From positions 3,480,001 to 3,512,000 of the forward strand of contig NC_010814.1 in the NCBI RefSeq assembly GCF_000020385.1: a stretch of DNA of 32,000 bases, read 5' to 3'. A program made the position numbers and the translations under genes. The DNA is from Trichlorobacter lovleyi SZ. GTDB taxonomy: Bacteria > Desulfobacterota > Desulfuromonadia > Geobacterales > Pseudopelobacteraceae. Below are positions 6,053 to 14,788 of the stretch, one piece after another (within the stretch, counting starts at the first letter, position 1; each line of letters begins with the position of its first letter). The notes beneath the pieces are model-generated. The model worked only from the letters and a program-made list of their open reading frames with translations. It ran no database searches and was not told where the DNA came from.

Positions 6053-7021
6053 TTACCTTCTAAACACATCTAACAATCTTCGTGAGGCCGCCGAAGGCGT
6101 GGTGACCCCCTGCGCAACCGCATCCTGCACCTGCGGAAAGACCCCCTGCACATCTTTATGATTCAAAAAAAGTGCCTTCAGATCATCCAGCAACAATGCC
6201 CACATCCAGTCTACTGATTGTCGTTTACGATTTTCGTCAAATTCACCAGACTGCCGCATGGCGTCACGAAAGGACTCAAGCATCTCCCAGACCCCCGGTA
6301 TTCCTTCGTTACGCAGGGCACTGACCATCTGAACCGGCACAATCCAGTTTCTGCTTTTGGGACGCAGGATATGCAACGCATTCTGATATTGCTGACGGGC
6401 CAGCTCAGTCTTCTGGCGATCAATGTCTGCCTTATTGATGATAATGGCATCAGCCAGCTCCATAACCCCCTTTTTGATCCCCTGCAGCTCATCACCGGCA
6501 GTTGCCAATTGCAGCAGCATAAAGAAATCCACCATTGAGGCCACCGTAGTTTCAGACTGGCCAACACCGACTGTTTCTACAATAACAACAGTATAACCGG
6601 CTGCCTCACAGAGCAGCATGGTTTCACGGGTACGACGTGCCACACCACCCAACGTATCGCCAGCCGGAGACGGACGGATAAAGGCATTATAGTTACGCGA
6701 AAGTTCCTCCATGCGCGTCTTGTCCCCAAGAATACTGCCACCAGTAATCTGCGAGGAAGGATCAACGGCAAGAACAGCAACCTTATGCCCTTGTTCAGTC
6801 AGGTAGCTGCCAAAAGACTCGATGAAGGTACTCTTGCCCACACCAGGCACGCCGGTAATCCCGATCCGTAAACTGTTTCCAGTATGGGGCAGCAGTAGAT
6901 CAAGTAATTGTGATGCTTTTCGGGCATCTTCTGGCCTTTTGCTTTCAATGAGGGTTATCCCCTTGCCCATGGCACGGATATTACCTTTACGGATGTTATC
7001 GGCGAGTGTGTGAAGTTCCAT
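6053..7021 (-). CDS. meaB: Methylmalonyl-CoA mutase-associated G3E-family GTPase (MeaB/ArgK)
   Basis: 322 aa with P-loop GVPGVGKSTFIE, ETVGVGQSE and NKAD motifs. It lies immediately downstream of the mutase. Confidence 0.9.
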   Translation of the reverse strand: MELHTLADNIRKGNIRAMGKGITLIESKRPEDARKASQLLDLLLPHTGNSLRIGITGVPGVGKSTFIESFGSYLTEQGHKVAVLAVDPSSQITGGSILGDKTRMEELSRNYNAFIRPSPAGDTLGGVARRTRETMLLCEAAGYTVVIVETVGVGQSETTVASMVDFFMLLQLATAGDELQGIKKGVMELADAIIINKADIDRQKTELARQQYQNALHILRPKSRNWIVPVQMVSALRNEGIPGVWEMLESFRDAMRQSGEFDENRKRQSVDWMWALLLDDLKALFLNHKDVQGVFPQVQDAVAQGVTTPSAASRRLLDVFRR

Positions 7022-7043
7022 ATGATAAACAACCCCCCTCTAT

Positions 7044-7092
7044 CCCCCCTTGTCAGGGGGGAAGTTTAAAAGCCCTCCCCTGATAAGGGGAG
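7044..7092 (-). other. Two similar C-run/G-run hairpins in the mutase-meaB spacer
   Basis: CCCCCC-TTGTCA-GGGGGG at 7044-7061 and CTCCCC-TGATAA-GGGGAG at 7075-7092. A third C6 run (7033-7038) is the complement of the meaB SD (GAGGGGGG on the mRNA). Confidence 0.3.
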
Positions 7093-7102
7093 CTGGGAGG
7101 GG

Positions 7103-9244
7103 TTACGCCTTTTTCTTAATCGCTTCCAGCGTCTCACGAGCTGATTTGGTGATGGGCGTGCCCGGCCCGAAGATGCAGGCAGCACCGGCAGCATACAGCT
7201 CTTCGTAATCCTGGCGTGGAATCACTCCACCGCAGACCACGACGATATCAGCAGCATCAAGCTTCTTCAGCTCTGCCACCAGTTGCGGCACCAAGGTCTT
7301 GTGACCGGCTGCCAGACTGGAAACGCCGATTACGTGGACATCGTTTTCAACCGCCATCTTGGCAGTCTCTTCCGGGGTCTGGAACAGGGGTCCCATATCC
7401 ACGTCAAAGCCGACGTCGGCAAAGGCGGTGGCAATAACCTTTGCGCCACGGTCATGACCGTCCTGCCCCATCTTGGCGATCAGAATCCGGGGACGACGTC
7501 CTTCACCTTCCGCAAAGTCATCCACCTCTTTTTTCAAGGCCGCAAACTCTTCGCTCTCTTCGAACACTTTTCCGTATACCCCCGAAACCAACTTGATCTC
7601 TGCCTTATGTCGACCAAAGACCTTCTCCATGGCATCAGAAATTTCGCCTACCGAAGCCCGCTTGCGAGCTGCATCCACACAGGCCTCCAGCAGGTTCCCC
7701 ACCCCAGTCTCTGCCACTTTGGTAATGGCCTGCAGGGCTGCCTGGCAGTCGGCCTCGCTACGCTCTGCCCGCAGCTTCTTGAGGCGGGCGATCTGGGCCT
7801 CACGCACTGCGGTGTTGTCAATATCCAGCGTCTCAATCGGATTTTCCTTGGCAAGTTTGTACTTATTGACTCCGACGATTACTTCACTGCCAATATCGAT
7901 CCGGGCCTGCTTGCGGGCTGCTGATTCTTCAATCTTCAGCTTGGGCATGCCGGATTCAATCGCCTTGGTCATACCGCCCAGACTGTCGATCTCGGCAATC
8001 AGCTTGCGCCCTTCCTCGATCAGTGAGGCGGTCAGGGACTCAACATAGTAGGAGCCAGCCAGCGGATCAACCACCCTGGTGATGCCAGATTCTTCCTGAA
8101 TAACCAGCTGGGTATTACGGGCAATCCGGGCAGAATGCTCGGTGGGCAGGGCAATCGCCTCATCAAGGGCGTTAGTATGCAGGGACTGGGTGCCACCCAG
8201 CACCGCCGCCATGGCCTCAATAGTAGTACGAATCACGTTGTTGTACGGGTCTTGCTCGGTCAGGCTCCAGCCAGAGGTCTGGCAATGGGTTCGCAGGGCC
8301 AGGGAGAGCGGATTCTTGGGGTTAAACTGAGACATCAGCTCTGCCCAGAGGAAACGGGCCGCCCGTAGCTTGGCAACCTCCATAAAGAAGTTCATACCGA
8401 TGGCAAAAAAGAAGGAGAGACGCGGCGCAAACTGGTCCACCTCCAGCCCTTTAGCCAAGGCCGCCTTCACATATTCAATCCCGTCAGCCAGAGTAAAAGC
8501 CAGCTCCTGAACATTGTTGGCCCCAGCCTCCTGAATATGGTAACCACTGATGGAGATGGAGTTAAACTTGGGCATATACTTGCTGGTATACTCGATAATA
8601 TCGGCAATTATACGCATTGAGGGGGCGGGCGGGTAGATATAGGTGTTACGGACCATAAACTCTTTAAGGATGTCGTTCTGGATCGTACCGGCCAGCTTAT
8701 CTTTGGAGACCCCCTGCTCTTCAGCAGCAACAATGTAGAGTGCAAGGATAGGCAGCACCGCGCCGTTCATGGTCATAGACACCGATACATCTGCCAGCGG
8801 AATATCCTTGAAAAGCACCTCCATATCCAAAATTGAATCAATGGCTACACCAGCCTTGCCAACATCACCAACCACGCGGGGATGGTCTGAATCGTAGCCG
8901 CGGTGAGTTGCCAGGTCAAAGGCTACTGACAGACCTTGTTGTCCGGCTGCCAGATTTCGGCGATAAAAGGCGTTGGATTCTTCAGCTGTGGAAAAACCGG
9001 CATACTGCCGCACCGTCCAGGGACGTCCGGCATACATGCTGGCCTTGGGACCACGCAGAAATGGGGCAAAGCCGGGCATGGTATCGACAGTTTCCAGTTT
9101 CTCCAGATCAGCCTGGGTGTAGAGCGGCTTAACCGGAATTCCCTCTGCAGTATCCCACACCAACGGTGCAGTCGTTTCCTTCTTGATCTCTTTACTGGCC
9201 AGTTTTTCCCAATCTTGCAGTGTCTTTTTCTCAAATGCAGACAT
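7103..9244 (-). CDS. scpA: Methylmalonyl-CoA mutase, single-chain form (catalytic TIM-barrel plus C-terminal B12-binding domain)
   Basis: I trimmed the track ORF (to 9310) back to the ATG at 9244 ([20 protein letters not shown]...). The extension would run through the 9271-9301 hairpin. The protein has the mutase core (RIARNTQ, TNALDEA) and the DxHxxG cobalamin motif ([11 protein letters not shown]). Confidence 0.9.
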   Translation of the reverse strand: MSAFEKKTLQDWEKLASKEIKKETTAPLVWDTAEGIPVKPLYTQADLEKLETVDTMPGFAPFLRGPKASMYAGRPWTVRQYAGFSTAEESNAFYRRNLAAGQQGLSVAFDLATHRGYDSDHPRVVGDVGKAGVAIDSILDMEVLFKDIPLADVSVSMTMNGAVLPILALYIVAAEEQGVSKDKLAGTIQNDILKEFMVRNTYIYPPAPSMRIIADIIEYTSKYMPKFNSISISGYHIQEAGANNVQELAFTLADGIEYVKAALAKGLEVDQFAPRLSFFFAIGMNFFMEVAKLRAARFLWAELMSQFNPKNPLSLALRTHCQTSGWSLTEQDPYNNVIRTTIEAMAAVLGGTQSLHTNALDEAIALPTEHSARIARNTQLVIQEESGITRVVDPLAGSYYVESLTASLIEEGRKLIAEIDSLGGMTKAIESGMPKLKIEESAARKQARIDIGSEVIVGVNKYKLAKENPIETLDIDNTAVREAQIARLKKLRAERSEADCQAALQAITKVAETGVGNLLEACVDAARKRASVGEISDAMEKVFGRHKAEIKLVSGVYGKVFEESEEFAALKKEVDDFAEGEGRRPRILIAKMGQDGHDRGAKVIATAFADVGFDVDMGPLFQTPEETAKMAVENDVHVIGVSSLAAGHKTLVPQLVAELKKLDAADIVVVCGGVIPRQDYEELYAAGAACIFGPGTPITKSARETLEAIKKKA

Positions 9245-9270
9245 GATGATTACCTTTCCTTGTAAGCTAT

Positions 9271-9301
9271 AAAGGCTCCAGATTAAAAACCTGGAGCCTT
9301 T
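9271..9301. terminator. 11-bp hairpin between the carboxylase alpha gene and the mutase gene (possible partial terminator or processing site)
   Basis: AAAGGCTCCAG (9271-9281), a 9-nt loop, then CTGGAGCCTTT (9291-9301). T-rich sequence follows the hairpin on both strands. Confidence 0.35.
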
Positions 9302-9345
9302 TGTTAGCACATTTGCAAGGGCGGTTTAGACACCCCTACAGCAAT

Positions 9346-12243
9346 CTACAGCACCGCCTTCAGGTAGGTGGTGGTGCGCTCACGTTTCTCTTTTTCTATC
9401 AGGGCTGGATCTACCTCAACAAACTTCTCATCAGGGGTTATCTTGAATAGTGGTTGCCCCTTCTGAACGATGGTACCATCACCACCTTCCATGATGATTT
9501 TATCCAGAGTACCGGCAAACGGCGCCCGGATGGTATTGAACATCTTCATTACTTCAATGATGTACAGCGGCTGATCCTTTTCAAAGTGCATCCCCTCGCT
9601 CACAAAGGGTGGCAGTCCCGGTGCTTCCTGACCATAGTACATACCGCCGCAGACCGCAACAATCTCATCAGCTTTTGTTGTTGGGGGTGGTACCAGAATC
9701 TTCTTCATCCGGGCCTGCAGATCCAGGTCTGTCAGATAATCAGGAATCACTACTTCCAGATCGTCCAGCACCTTCATATCCCAGAATTTGGTATTCTCGC
9801 CAATCAGGAACAGCATACCCAGCATCTCAAGGCCAACCTCAAAACCATAGTGGGCTGAACGGATCTGGTCCCACATCTCCTGATCAAAACCACCTTGCGG
9901 CTTGTCTTTGTGCAGGATCTCGTTCAGCTTGTCATACTCATCCTTATGCAGACCGAAGTGTTCACGAATCTTCCGTGAAAAATCAAGTCCCTGCTTCAAC
10001 AGCTCCTGGTCATGATCCCAGATGATCTCAGCGGCTGGTTTGTGGGGACGGAAGTCCATATGGAGGTACTCGTAGGTATCCCGCAGGACTCCCAGCGGAT
10101 TGCGCAGCCAGATTACCTTGCCTTTTTCAATCTTGAAGTTCTTGGTATTGATGGACAGCCAGCCGGACAACAGATGGGGATCATCCAGAAGTCTTTCCAT
10201 CGGGCGAGTGATCAACGTGCCTTTACGATCCAGCAGGGCTGACATGTTCTTCAGCTCTTTAGCCAATACATCCGGCTGATCACCAAACTGTTCGGTTACC
10301 AGCTTGGCGTAATGTTTCTTCATCTGGAAGAAGGCATAGACCACATCCAGCTTGTTGGCCTCTTCCTTCAGAGTCCCCACCAGGGTTAGATACGGCACCA
10401 CAAAACGGGTGGTTGGCTTGGCCATAACATTGCGGCCCAGGAACCAGTTGACCAGACCATAGTGAAACTCAAGGTTGGTTGCCAGCGAACTACCCCGCAG
10501 GGTCGTGCTGCGCAACACCTCGGACAGACGCTCATAGCTGCAGAGACGATCCTCACCCTTGGTCAGCAGCAGGGCGATGTTGGAATCGTAGGCACCAGCC
10601 ACCTTATACTTCATGAACTGATTGGTATCGGGGTTCAGCATGCTGATCCCCTGATCATCCCGCACCTCACCCTTGATCGGCTTGGACCAGTAACGGATCA
10701 TGCCACCGGCATGGGGAGAAAGAGAGGCATCAGTGGCGTTGAGGCGGGCCTCAACCGAGGCATTGAAACGCACAACCCGCTCCGGCTTGGGCAGCCGCTG
10801 CTTGTGCTGTGCCAGCAGGGCCATTGCCTCAACAAGGGACTCAACTATGAAGAAGTCATTCTTATCCTTGGGATTGGTGAACTTCAGGGAGTAGCAGAGC
10901 TCGGTTACCCGGTGCTCCACCTGGATCCGGGTGTTGACCTCCATGAAGTAGTGGCGGTCACGATCCACAATGCATTCAAAGGTGGAGGCAGAGTCCAGAC
11001 CAACGGCCTGACCAAAGCGGGCCGACTCCTCTTCCATCCGCTGCAGTACCTTCAGATCAGACTCAAGCGCGGCAACCTCGTCTTTTTTCTTTTCTGCCTT
11101 AGCCTTGGCAATAGCGGCCTGCAGTCCTTCCTGAGTGACCGAAACCTCCAACAGCTTCTGCTCATGCATCTGCAGAGAACAGTCACGGCCACCAAGCGAG
11201 ATGCACCAGTCACCGTTACCCAGCAACTGGATCTCGTTATGGCGGGTCTGCTCGATGTTCAGTTCAATCAGGACGTTCTTGTTGTCCCCTACGCCGTTGG
11301 CCTTAACCTCCTGCAAAACCTCACGCACCATGGCAGGGGCCTCGGCAGCAGCCTTGGCAATCGCCTTTTCATCAGCATTCTTGGTCCCCAGCAGAGAGGC
11401 GCCCAGAATCCGCTGTCCCTTACCACCACCGCCACCAATCGCCTTGAGACGGAAACGGCTTTGGGGATACTTGCGAAACAGTTCGGCTACTTCTTCCTGC
11501 ACCTGGGCGCAGAGTTCTTCGATGGAATAGAGATCAATCCCCTTGGCATAGGAGGTCATCAGGATATGATCAGCCAGGGCCTCGAGCGACAAGCTGGTGT
11601 CTTTCAGGATTTTGGCATCACACTCCAGTCCCTCAGCCTTGACCAGCGCCAGCAGTTTTTCACGACTGTCATGCTTCTTGACCAGGGTACGGGCTGTGAC
11701 GTTATCCACACCCGGGGTAACAGAGACGTTCACCAGCAGGGCGGTCCGCTTGGCTTCATCCTTTTTACCGGCCCGGGCCTGGGTGGCAGCACAGGGACCG
11801 ATAAACTTGAGACCGGCCTTTTCAATGGCTGCCACAAACTCTTCGTCTTCAGCCATGAAGCCATAGCCGGCAAAGATAGAGTCGTACCCATTATCCTTGG
11901 CAATGCCGATGATCTGGTTGATCCGCTCGACGCGCTCTTCCTTGCTGGCACCAGAGTAATCAGGCACCCGGTGAACCCGGTTGGAATCGGTCAACTGACG
12001 CAATTCTGGTGCCAGGGCATTGGGATAGACAATGGAGTCTTTTTCAGAGAGCAGGATGCCGTAGTGGCTGATCCCCATCTCCTGATAGACATCCATGGCT
12101 TCCTTGCGGATCGGACCACGGCAGACAATCAGCGGCTTCAGGTCTTCGCAGGAAAAGGAACGGACCCACTCGGATGAAGACTTGCTCAATCGGCGATCCC
12201 GGTGAATCAAGGGGTTGTGCTTATAGTAATCGGTCTGAGGCAT
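9346..12243 (-). CDS. Biotin-dependent carboxylase alpha subunit: divergent biotin carboxylase (ATP-grasp), ~300-aa linker domain and C-terminal biotinyl carrier domain
   Basis: The start is moved to the ATG at 12243, which has GGAGAT 8 nt upstream; the track uses the TTG at 12264. BC motifs are present: GGGGKGQRIL, GRDCSLQMHEQK, MEVNTRIQVEH. The biotinylation motif EVMKM lies about 35 aa from the C-terminus. Confidence 0.85.
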   Translation of the reverse strand: MPQTDYYKHNPLIHRDRRLSKSSSEWVRSFSCEDLKPLIVCRGPIRKEAMDVYQEMGISHYGILLSEKDSIVYPNALAPELRQLTDSNRVHRVPDYSGASKEERVERINQIIGIAKDNGYDSIFAGYGFMAEDEEFVAAIEKAGLKFIGPCAATQARAGKKDEAKRTALLVNVSVTPGVDNVTARTLVKKHDSREKLLALVKAEGLECDAKILKDTSLSLEALADHILMTSYAKGIDLYSIEELCAQVQEEVAELFRKYPQSRFRLKAIGGGGGKGQRILGASLLGTKNADEKAIAKAAAEAPAMVREVLQEVKANGVGDNKNVLIELNIEQTRHNEIQLLGNGDWCISLGGRDCSLQMHEQKLLEVSVTQEGLQAAIAKAKAEKKKDEVAALESDLKVLQRMEEESARFGQAVGLDSASTFECIVDRDRHYFMEVNTRIQVEHRVTELCYSLKFTNPKDKNDFFIVESLVEAMALLAQHKQRLPKPERVVRFNASVEARLNATDASLSPHAGGMIRYWSKPIKGEVRDDQGISMLNPDTNQFMKYKVAGAYDSNIALLLTKGEDRLCSYERLSEVLRSTTLRGSSLATNLEFHYGLVNWFLGRNVMAKPTTRFVVPYLTLVGTLKEEANKLDVVYAFFQMKKHYAKLVTEQFGDQPDVLAKELKNMSALLDRKGTLITRPMERLLDDPHLLSGWLSINTKNFKIEKGKVIWLRNPLGVLRDTYEYLHMDFRPHKPAAEIIWDHDQELLKQGLDFSRKIREHFGLHKDEYDKLNEILHKDKPQGGFDQEMWDQIRSAHYGFEVGLEMLGMLFLIGENTKFWDMKVLDDLEVVIPDYLTDLDLQARMKKILVPPPTTKADEIVAVCGGMYYGQEAPGLPPFVSEGMHFEKDQPLYIIEVMKMFNTIRAPFAGTLDKIIMEGGDGTIVQKGQPLFKITPDEKFVEVDPALIEKEKRERTTTYLKAVL

Positions 12244-12288
12244 GGGCTTATATCTCCAATTCAAATCAATAAGTTAAGTAATGACAGA

Positions 12289-14013
12289 TTAGTGGAACTC
12301 GCGCTGGATCGCCTGCATCGGGCCGGGTTTATAGTGCCGCAGCAGGAAGTTCATGTTCTCGCCCAGCACCTTACGCAGATCGGTGGGCATTACCAGCGAT
12401 GAGATGGAGCCCAAAGCCAGGCCTTCCTTCGGATTCATCAGTTCCTTTTCATAGCGGAGGTTCAGAGCAGCCTCTTCAATCCTCAACCAGTCAGCCACAT
12501 CCTTCTCGGCATCCTTGGTGGCCTGACCTGCATCCATCCCGGCAGCAACACGTTCCTGGACCCCGGACTTGACCTTATCTTTAACGGCGCCACGCAGTTT
12601 ACGCAGCTCGTCCTTGTAGACAAACTCCTTACCGGCCGGTCCCATAACCGCCAGACGGGTAGTGGGCAGCGCCAGCACCAGATCAGCACCGGTGGGGTAG
12701 TTGTTGTAGGAGGCATAGGCCCCGCCGTAGGCATTCCGGATGATCAGCAGGATGCGAGGGGTGCGGATATCAACAATGGAATCCAGCATGGCCCGACCAG
12801 CCTGAACAATGCCGCGTGACTCCTGCTCACGACCGGGCAGGAAGCCGGTGGTATCTTCCATAAAGATCAGCGGGATGTTGTAGATGTTACAGAACCGGTT
12901 GAAACGGGCGATCTTGTAGGCGGAATCCACCGAGATCTGGCCCGAAGCAACTGCTGAGTTGTTGGCCACAAAGCCGACCACGTTACCCCCCAGGCGGCCA
13001 AAGGCGGTCACGGCCTCACGGGCACGGTCCGGCTGCATCTCAAAATAGTCACCATGGTCACAGATCTGCTGGATCATGATCGAGACATCAAACGGGGTAT
13101 TGAAGCCGGTAGGGGAGTTAAAGGCCTTCTTCAGCAGGGTATTGATCTCCCAGGTTTTACGATCCAACGGATCGCTGGTCTGACGAAAACGGGGAGCAAC
13201 ACTATTGTTATCAGGCACATAGGAAAGCAGCTGCAGGGAAGCACGCAGTGCACCAACTTCGTCCTCAACCGTCAGATCAGCAACACCGGAGGCGCCATGC
13301 ACCTTAGGTCCGCCCAGATCTTCCGGGGTAACATCCTCACCCAGAACCGACTTGACCACGCCTGGTCCGGTCAGACCAAAGAAGGTGTCATTGGGCTGAA
13401 TCACAAAGCTGCCTTGGCGGGGCAGGTAGGAACCGCCACCGGCGTTGAAGCCGAACATACACATAATGGAAGGAACCACGCCGCTGATCTTGCGCAGGGC
13501 GGTAAAGGCCTCGGCATAGCCGTCCAGACCACCCACACCGGCAGGCACAAAGGCGCCGGCAGAGTCGTTCATGCCGATAACCGGAATCCCTTTTTCGCCA
13601 GCCATCTGAAACAGCAGAGCCAATTTGCGACCGTTGGTGGCATCAATGGAACCGGCCCGCACGGTAAAGTCATGGCCATACAGTGCCACGTCACGACCAT
13701 TCACATTCAAAATGCCGGTAACCAGCGAGGCACCGTCAAGGTTCTTACCCCAGTTCTGGAACAGGACATTGGGTTCTTTCTCGGTTAATACCTTAATCCG
13801 CTCCCAGACGGTCATCCGCTTTTTGAAGTGCTGCTTTTCAATCTGGGCAATACTGACCGACTTGATCGGGCGCTGAATCAGGTCGTGACCTTCCTTCATC
13901 GCCTCTTCATAGCCGCCCTTCTTGCCGGGAATTTCGCCGGGAATAGTAAATTCAACGGTTTCCGGTGGGGCAAACGGGTTCTTCAGTGAGGGCTTGATCG
14001 CTTTCTTGGACAT
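12289..14013 (-). CDS. Acyl-CoA carboxyltransferase subunit (PccB / methylmalonyl-CoA decarboxylase-alpha / GcdA-like)
   Basis: The ORF is 574 aa from the second ATG (14013), which has GAGGAAGG 9 nt upstream; the first ATG at 14022 abuts the SD. Both carboxyltransferase halves are recognisable (…[19 protein letters not shown]…, …[26 protein letters not shown]…). Confidence 0.85.
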   Translation of the reverse strand: MSKKAIKPSLKNPFAPPETVEFTIPGEIPGKKGGYEEAMKEGHDLIQRPIKSVSIAQIEKQHFKKRMTVWERIKVLTEKEPNVLFQNWGKNLDGASLVTGILNVNGRDVALYGHDFTVRAGSIDATNGRKLALLFQMAGEKGIPVIGMNDSAGAFVPAGVGGLDGYAEAFTALRKISGVVPSIMCMFGFNAGGGSYLPRQGSFVIQPNDTFFGLTGPGVVKSVLGEDVTPEDLGGPKVHGASGVADLTVEDEVGALRASLQLLSYVPDNNSVAPRFRQTSDPLDRKTWEINTLLKKAFNSPTGFNTPFDVSIMIQQICDHGDYFEMQPDRAREAVTAFGRLGGNVVGFVANNSAVASGQISVDSAYKIARFNRFCNIYNIPLIFMEDTTGFLPGREQESRGIVQAGRAMLDSIVDIRTPRILLIIRNAYGGAYASYNNYPTGADLVLALPTTRLAVMGPAGKEFVYKDELRKLRGAVKDKVKSGVQERVAAGMDAGQATKDAEKDVADWLRIEEAALNLRYEKELMNPKEGLALGSISSLVMPTDLRKVLGENMNFLLRHYKPGPMQAIQREFH

Positions 14014-14078
14014 CTGAACCATCCTTCCTCTGCAATGTAATATACGGACAAAACCTACAAAATAGGCAAACAGATCAA

Positions 14079-14648
14079 CTATCTGGCAACGACCGCCAGA
14101 ACCTGAACCTCAGTGCCGTCCTTGGACAGCAGGCGATGTCGCAGGGATGAATCAAAGTAGACGCAGTCCCCTTCGGTCAGTTCATGGCGTTGGTCTTCCA
14201 GTACCAGCTCAGCGGTTCCCTTCATGATAAACAGGAACTCTTCGCCATCATGGCTATAGGTATTCTCTTCTGAAACCTTCTCCATGACCGACAGCAGAAA
14301 CGGCTCCATCTTTTTATTCTGCTTGCGCCAGGACAGCGACTCATAGGAGTAGCCCTGGCTGGTACCGGCACGGGAGATGACCCGCGGCATCAGCTTGCGC
14401 TCATCGGCACGCACGATCTCGTAACGGCATTCTTCCTCTTCTTCAGCAAAGAAGTGGCCGATCTTGACATCAAAAAAGCGTGCGATCTTGGAGAGGGTAG
14501 CGATGGGGGGAGAGACGTTATTGTTTTCGATCTGGGAAATAAGGGCAGGCGAAAAACCGGTCTCCCGGGCCACGGCCTGGAGGGTCAGCTTCTTCGCCAA
14601 TCGGAGTTTTTTGATTTTTGCACCAATATTGAATTCGCTGCTCATCAC
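14079..14648 (-). CDS. XRE-family HTH transcriptional regulator with C-terminal cupin domain
   Basis: The HTH reads [52 protein letters not shown]. The C-terminal cupin pattern is [18 protein letters not shown]...[12 protein letters not shown]. The start is ambiguous between the GTG at 14648 and the ATG at 14645. Confidence 0.85.
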   Translation of the reverse strand: MMSSEFNIGAKIKKLRLAKKLTLQAVARETGFSPALISQIENNNVSPPIATLSKIARFFDVKIGHFFAEEEEECRYEIVRADERKLMPRVISRAGTSQGYSYESLSWRKQNKKMEPFLLSVMEKVSEENTYSHDGEEFLFIMKGTAELVLEDQRHELTEGDCVYFDSSLRHRLLSKDGTEVQVLAVVAR

Positions 14649-14685
14649 CTAATCCACCGGAATATAAACCTGTTTTGGTGCGGCG

Positions 14686-14714
14686 TTTGTATACAAAACC
14701 AGTTATATTGTCAA
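14686..14714 (-). promoter_or_regulatory. Candidate promoter of the regulator/carboxylase operon, overlapped by a 12-bp perfect palindrome (possible operator)
   Basis: On the minus strand: TTGACA (14709-14714), a 15-nt spacer, then TATACA (14688-14693). The palindrome TTTGTATACAAA (14686-14697) covers the -10 element. Confidence 0.3.
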
Positions 14715-14788
14715 TAAAATAGTTTTACTCGCAACAAAGTTGACAACAGTATTACTATAATGGTTTTAACAGCACTAAATCAGGCTTT

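Noticed and set aside
7283-8048. 213-aa and 191-aa plus-strand ORFs antisense to the mutase gene. Similar cases are 13054-13788 (+) opposite the carboxyltransferase and 27246-27869 (-) opposite dnaB.
   Set aside because: All are nested in genes with strong family motifs on the other strand. They have no SD and no motifs.
9245-9310. 5' extensions of track ORFs: mutase to 9310, Fe-S protein to 16153, trmFO to 17543, flgL to 29607, flgN to 31494, carboxylase alpha to 12264 and CT to 22 codons... (CT to 14022)
   Set aside because: In each case an internal ATG has a well-spaced SD and matches the family N-terminus. The extension crosses a hairpin, overlaps the upstream gene or lacks an SD.
10462-12177. 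571-aa plus-strand ORF antisense to the biotin carboxylase gene
   Set aside because: It lies entirely inside a minus-strand gene that has clear catalytic motifs. Its protein is low-complexity (Gly/Leu/Gln/His/Thr-rich) with no recognisable motif or SD. This is a typical GC-rich antisense shadow ORF.
14740-14761. Plus-strand TTGACA ... TATAAT pair in the regulator upstream region
   Set aside because: The spacer is only 10 nt, and no plus-strand gene follows because the next gene on that side is on the minus strand. TTGACAA is better explained as half of an inverted repeat.
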